Source: an uncultured Gemmataceae bacterium
GTDB taxonomy: Bacteria > Planctomycetota > Planctomycetia > Gemmatales > Gemmataceae
Direction of reading: 5' to 3'
Assembly (NCBI GenBank): GCA_963750165.1
Contig: CAVVPN010000003.1
Coordinates: 256,001 to 320,000 of the forward strand
DNA length: 64,000 nucleotides
Each line of letters opens with the position of its first letter. Positions within the stretch are counted from its first letter, which is position 1. A program made the position numbers and the translations under genes. Shown here piece by piece: positions 60,478 through 64,000 of the stretch. Below the pieces are notes generated by a model that worked only from the letters and a program-made list of their open reading frames with translations, did no database searches and was not told the origin of the DNA.

Positions 60478-60654
60478 TCAGGGCGCCTTGCCCATTTTTT
60501 GCACCAGCACCCCGGCGAAGAACACCAGGATACCGACCGCCGACCAGAACAGCGAGTCCTTCAACTCCAGCGAATGGTTGATCTCCGCGGAGATGGCGAG
60601 GGGCACGATGATGAGCCCGATCAGTTGCAGGATGCGGCCAAGGAGGTACAGCAT
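60478..60654 (-). CDS. Small two-TM membrane protein
   Basis: MLYLLGRILQLIGLIIVPLAI...FWSAVGILVFFAGVLVQK. Confidence 0.7.
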   Translation of the reverse strand: MLYLLGRILQLIGLIIVPLAISAEINHSLELKDSLFWSAVGILVFFAGVLVQKMGKAP

Positions 60655-60763
60655 GGTGCGTTCCGCCGCCGTCTCGAAAGCGAGAAGCGGCCCGCCGCCG
60701 CTTCTCAAATCTGGTACATCCGGGCCCCCGAGCCGCGGTGGCGGTTTGTTCATTCTAAGCGCT

Positions 60764-60824
60764 CCGAGCCGCGCACGCAGCGCAGCGGAGTAAGCGCCGC
60801 CCCAGCGCTGCGTGCGCGGCTCGG
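60764..60824. repeat. REP-doublet-like palindrome (CGAG foot)
   Basis: CCGAGCCGCGCACGCAGCGC ... GCGCTGCGTGCGCGGCTCGG. Confidence 0.75.
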
Positions 60825-60858
60825 TCGAAATAATGACCGTTTTTTCGACTCGGGGGAC

Positions 60859-60874
60859 CGGCACGCGAATTGCG
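60859..60874 (+). promoter_or_regulatory. Sigma-54-like motif upstream of the oxidase operon
   Basis: CGGCAC-GCGAA-TTGCG keeps the GG-N10-GC spacing. Confidence 0.4.
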
Positions 60875-60922
60875 TTCCGACTTTTGCCCATCCAGTGCGG
60901 AAGATCGGCGGAGCTGGGGTTC

Positions 60923-60950
60923 TTGACATCGCGCCGGGGACGGCTACAAA
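60923..60950 (+). promoter_or_regulatory. Sigma70-like promoter upstream of the oxidase operon
   Basis: TTGACA-16 bp-TACAAA. Confidence 0.4.
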
Positions 60951-61044
60951 ACCCCTGTCCCGGTCAAACGGTTGACTCCCGTGGCAGTAGGAGGCGGCGT
61001 CACGTCCCGTGCCGTTGCGGTGCGGCGGCCATGCCGAGAATTCG

Positions 61045-62322
61045 GTGACTTCCCGTTGGTTCCCTTCCAGATACGTCTCCCCCTGGTTGCTGACGGTGCC
61101 GGTGCTGATCGGCGTCGTGCTGCTGCCGGGCTGCAACGAAGATACCTACTCCGAGTCGATGAGCTACCCTGTGCGCATCGACCCCATCGTGCGTGACCTG
61201 GACAAGACGAAGGAGTTCAACGACCCGGTGCCGCCCGGCGTGCTGCCGCTGACGGTCTTCAACGACATCTACAAGTCGGGGCCGTACAACCCCTACTACG
61301 AGGATCGCGACAAAATCTGGAAGAACGAGAAGCTGCGCGACCCCTTCTGTCTCTCCGACCAGGACAAGGCCGAGATCAAGAAGTCCCTGGATGAAGCGTT
61401 CGGCAAGCCGGCCCAACCGACCGTCAAGGTGGAGGGCGTGCCGGCGGCGACGCTCCAGGCGCTGCAACTCGACGAGAAGACGCTGGAACTCGGCAGCCGG
61501 TATTATCGGCTGCACTGCCTGCACTGCCACGGCCTGACCGGCGACGGTCGCGGTCCGAGCGGCAAGTGGCTCAACCCGCATCCGCGCGACTACCGCCAGG
61601 GCCTGTTCAAGTTCCAGTCCACCGACCAGACCATCGTTGTAGACAACAGCAACGTCCGCAAGCCGGCCCGTGAGGATCTCTACCGGACCATCCACGAGGG
61701 CATTGAAGGCACGTCGATGCCGGCCCACAACCTGCTCTCGGAGAAGGACAAGAACGCGCTGGTCAGCTACGTGATGCACCTGAGCATCCGCGGCCAGACG
61801 GAGTATCTGACGCTGGCCAACCCCAACGGCTTCAAGTACGACAGCGGCCCGGACGTGTTGTACTGGAGCAACAAGCAGAACAGCATCAAGAAATACATGA
61901 CTGACCGCGCCCGCGAGGTCATCCAGGAGTGGCTGTCCTCGCAGACCATGCGAATTCACCCCGGCGCCTACCACACGACTGACGCGGACATGAAGAAGTC
62001 GGTGCTGGCGGGGCAAAAGCTGTTCCTGGGTAGCAAGGCGGCGTGCGTGAGCTGCCACAAGGATTACGGCCGGCAATCGGTCTACAAGTGGGACGACTGG
62101 GGCACCGTCACGGCCAAGCCGCGCGACTTCACCAAGGGCATTTTCCGTGGCGGCCGGCGGCCGATTGACATTTACCACCGCATCCACTCCGGCATCAATG
62201 GCGTTGGTATGCAGCCGTTCGGCGCCACGCTGACCTCGGACGAAATCTGGCACCTGGTCAATTTTGTCCGCAACCTGTCCTATCCCGCCATGCGGAAGTC
62301 CTACGGCATTCAGATTGACTGA
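61045..62322 (+). CDS. Di-heme cytochrome c lipoprotein associated with cytochrome c oxidase
   Basis: Lipobox LPGC; CLHCH and CVSCH heme motifs; PRDY/PRDF; GTSMP and GVGMQPF Met ligands. Start uncertain. Confidence 0.88.
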   Translation: MTSRWFPSRYVSPWLLTVPVLIGVVLLPGCNEDTYSESMSYPVRIDPIVRDLDKTKEFNDPVPPGVLPLTVFNDIYKSGPYNPYYEDRDKIWKNEKLRDPFCLSDQDKAEIKKSLDEAFGKPAQPTVKVEGVPAATLQALQLDEKTLELGSRYYRLHCLHCHGLTGDGRGPSGKWLNPHPRDYRQGLFKFQSTDQTIVVDNSNVRKPAREDLYRTIHEGIEGTSMPAHNLLSEKDKNALVSYVMHLSIRGQTEYLTLANPNGFKYDSGPDVLYWSNKQNSIKKYMTDRAREVIQEWLSSQTMRIHPGAYHTTDADMKKSVLAGQKLFLGSKAACVSCHKDYGRQSVYKWDDWGTVTAKPRDFTKGIFRGGRRPIDIYHRIHSGINGVGMQPFGATLTSDEIWHLVNFVRNLSYPAMRKSYGIQID

Positions 62323-62336
62323 AAGGGAGTTGGCCC

Positions 62337-63449
62337 GTGGTGAAGATGTGGAGTGTATTGTTCGCGATCATGACGCTGGCGAGCCTGGGCCTGTTCATCA
62401 TTTCGCCGGCCATGGGCTGGTGGCTGCCCAAGCAGGCGTCCACGCACGCGCACAACATTGATGATTTGTTTTACATCATCCTGTACATCACGGGATTTTT
62501 CTTCATCCTGACGGAAACCCTGCTGTTCGTGTTCATGTGGAAGTACGCGGTGGAGCCCGGCCAGAAGCGCGTGCCGGCGCCGGTGGCCCAGGCGCACACG
62601 CCTCCACAGGGCGGCCTGTTCGCCAAGGTCAAGGACCTCATCCACGACGAGCACCGGCTGGAAATGCTGTGGACGATTGTGCCGGCGGTGATCCTGCTAT
62701 ACATCGCTTTTGCCCAGGTCGGCGCCTGGGCGGAGGTCAAGTACCAGGCCCGTATGCCGCAGGCCGGCCGGGACGGCTTGAAGGCCAACCAATCGCCGCT
62801 GCACCTGGCGGTGACCGCCCGCCAGTGGGAGTGGCGCGTGCGTTACCCCAGCCTCAAGACGCTCGACCACTGGAATACCAAGCCTGCCGACGGCGATGTC
62901 TGGGGCCGCAAGGCTCAGTTCGATGATGTGCATGTCGTGAATGAGATTCACACCTGGGTTGGCCAGCCGACCGTCGTCCATTTGCGCACCAACGACATCA
63001 TTCACAGCTTTTTCCTGCCGCAGATGCGCGTCAAGCAGGACGCGCTGCCGGGCAAGATCATTCCGGTGTGGTTCACGGTGAAGCCGGACATGTACAATTG
63101 CAAGCCGCACCTGGTGTACATCAAATCAAATACGACCCCGCCGGACAGCAAGCAGCCGTGGGTGCTGTACGACAACAAGGAGACGAAGGACGGCTACGCC
63201 TGGGTGAGCCACTGGAAGGACGGCTACGATGCCGACCCCAAAAACGAGGCCGGACAGCAGTTCAAGGACAAGAGCCAGATCTGGGAACTCAACTGTGCCG
63301 AGCTGTGTGGCGCGTTTCACTATCGCATGATCGGCCGGGTTTATGTCCACGAGAATGAGGCTGACTTCCGCCGCTGGCTGGAGCTGGCCGAGAAGCACCA
63401 GAACGATCACGGAACACCCGCGGCGCCGGGCGGGCCCGCGCACAAATAG
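62337..63449 (+). CDS. coxB: Cytochrome c oxidase subunit II
   Basis: LEMLWTIVP, ARQWEW, DIIHSFF, KQDALPG, CuA motif CAELCGAFHYRM. Confidence 0.93.
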   Translation: MVKMWSVLFAIMTLASLGLFIISPAMGWWLPKQASTHAHNIDDLFYIILYITGFFFILTETLLFVFMWKYAVEPGQKRVPAPVAQAHTPPQGGLFAKVKDLIHDEHRLEMLWTIVPAVILLYIAFAQVGAWAEVKYQARMPQAGRDGLKANQSPLHLAVTARQWEWRVRYPSLKTLDHWNTKPADGDVWGRKAQFDDVHVVNEIHTWVGQPTVVHLRTNDIIHSFFLPQMRVKQDALPGKIIPVWFTVKPDMYNCKPHLVYIKSNTTPPDSKQPWVLYDNKETKDGYAWVSHWKDGYDADPKNEAGQQFKDKSQIWELNCAELCGAFHYRMIGRVYVHENEADFRRWLELAEKHQNDHGTPAAPGGPAHK

Positions 63450-63469
63450 CAGAAATCGAAGGAACAGAC

Positions 63470-64000
63470 ATGAGCACCACACACTCTCCCGAGGTCCACG
63501 CCCACCCACACCCCGAGCTTGGGTTTTTGCGGAAGTACATCTTCTCCGAAGACCACAAGATCATCGGCATTCAGTTCCTGTTCACGACGCTGATCTTCCT
63601 GGGCATCGGCGGTATGCTGGCGATGTTCGTGCGCATGCAGCTGGGCTGGCCGCACGGCGAACTGCCCGGCTTCAGCCAGATGTTCCAGCGCAGTAACGGC
63701 GGCCGCATGTCCGGCGATTTTTATAACATGCTGTTCACCATGCACGCCTCGGTGATGATCTTCTTCGTCATCATCCCAATCCTGGTGGGCGCCTTCGGTA
63801 ACTTCACGATCCCGTTGATGATCGGCGCCCGCGACATGGCGTTTCCGAAGTTAAATATGCTGTCGTACTGGTTCATGTGGCCGGCGATGGTGTTCATCCT
63901 GTTGAGCTTCACCGTCCAGGGCGGTGCCGCCGCGGCCGGCTGGACCTCGTACCCGACGCTGGCCAGCGCCTCGATGCCGTGGGGCGGCGGCTTTAACGCG
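63470..64000 (+). CDS. coxA: Cytochrome c oxidase subunit I (partial)
   Basis: Hand translation: MSTTH...FSEDHKIIGIQF...YNMLFTMHASVMIFF...GNFTIPLMIGARDMAFPKLN...AGWTSYP. Runs off the window end. Confidence 0.96.
   Translation, partial: MSTTHSPEVHAHPHPELGFLRKYIFSEDHKIIGIQFLFTTLIFLGIGGMLAMFVRMQLGWPHGELPGFSQMFQRSNGGRMSGDFYNMLFTMHASVMIFFVIIPILVGAFGNFTIPLMIGARDMAFPKLNMLSYWFMWPAMVFILLSFTVQGGAAAAGWTSYPTLASASMPWGGGFNA

Overview
High-GC bacterial DNA. The gene content points to Planctomycetota, probably Gemmataceae-like (inferred from an ECF sigma factor fused to WD40 repeats, DUF1501, DUF4159, an 'LEALEDRTVPS' extracellular leader and many WD40/HEAT proteins). Recognisable genes are panD (partial), a family III CoA-transferase, two GT2 glycosyltransferases, a rhomboid protease, pyc, rex, a purine nucleoside phosphorylase, a four-gene ABC system, argJ, an OprO/P-type porin, a Tat-exported oxalate decarboxylase-like bicupin, a DEAD/DEAH helicase, tex, and the start of a cytochrome c-coxB-coxA operon. 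I found no rRNA, tRNA, CRISPR array, integrase or intact transposase. Six genes carry apparent 1-2 nt frameshifts, most likely consensus errors. The main unexplained signals are: (i) a ~140-nt rod-shaped 6S-like RNA candidate at 5554-5695; (ii) a candidate GGA-hairpin (CsrA-sponge-like) sRNA with an antisense-oriented terminator at ~31450-31578; (iii) an integrase-free HTH/toxin-antitoxin cassette flanked by a perfect 35-bp duplication of the rhomboid gene start; (iv) about ten REP-doublet-like palindromes of different sequence families, plus inverted heptamer and nonamer arrays at gene junctions; (v) several decayed toxin genes (PIN, RES, Rpn-like); and (vi) sigma-54-type promoters upstream of the oxalate decarboxylase and oxidase loci. 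All family assignments come from motif recognition, not database searches.
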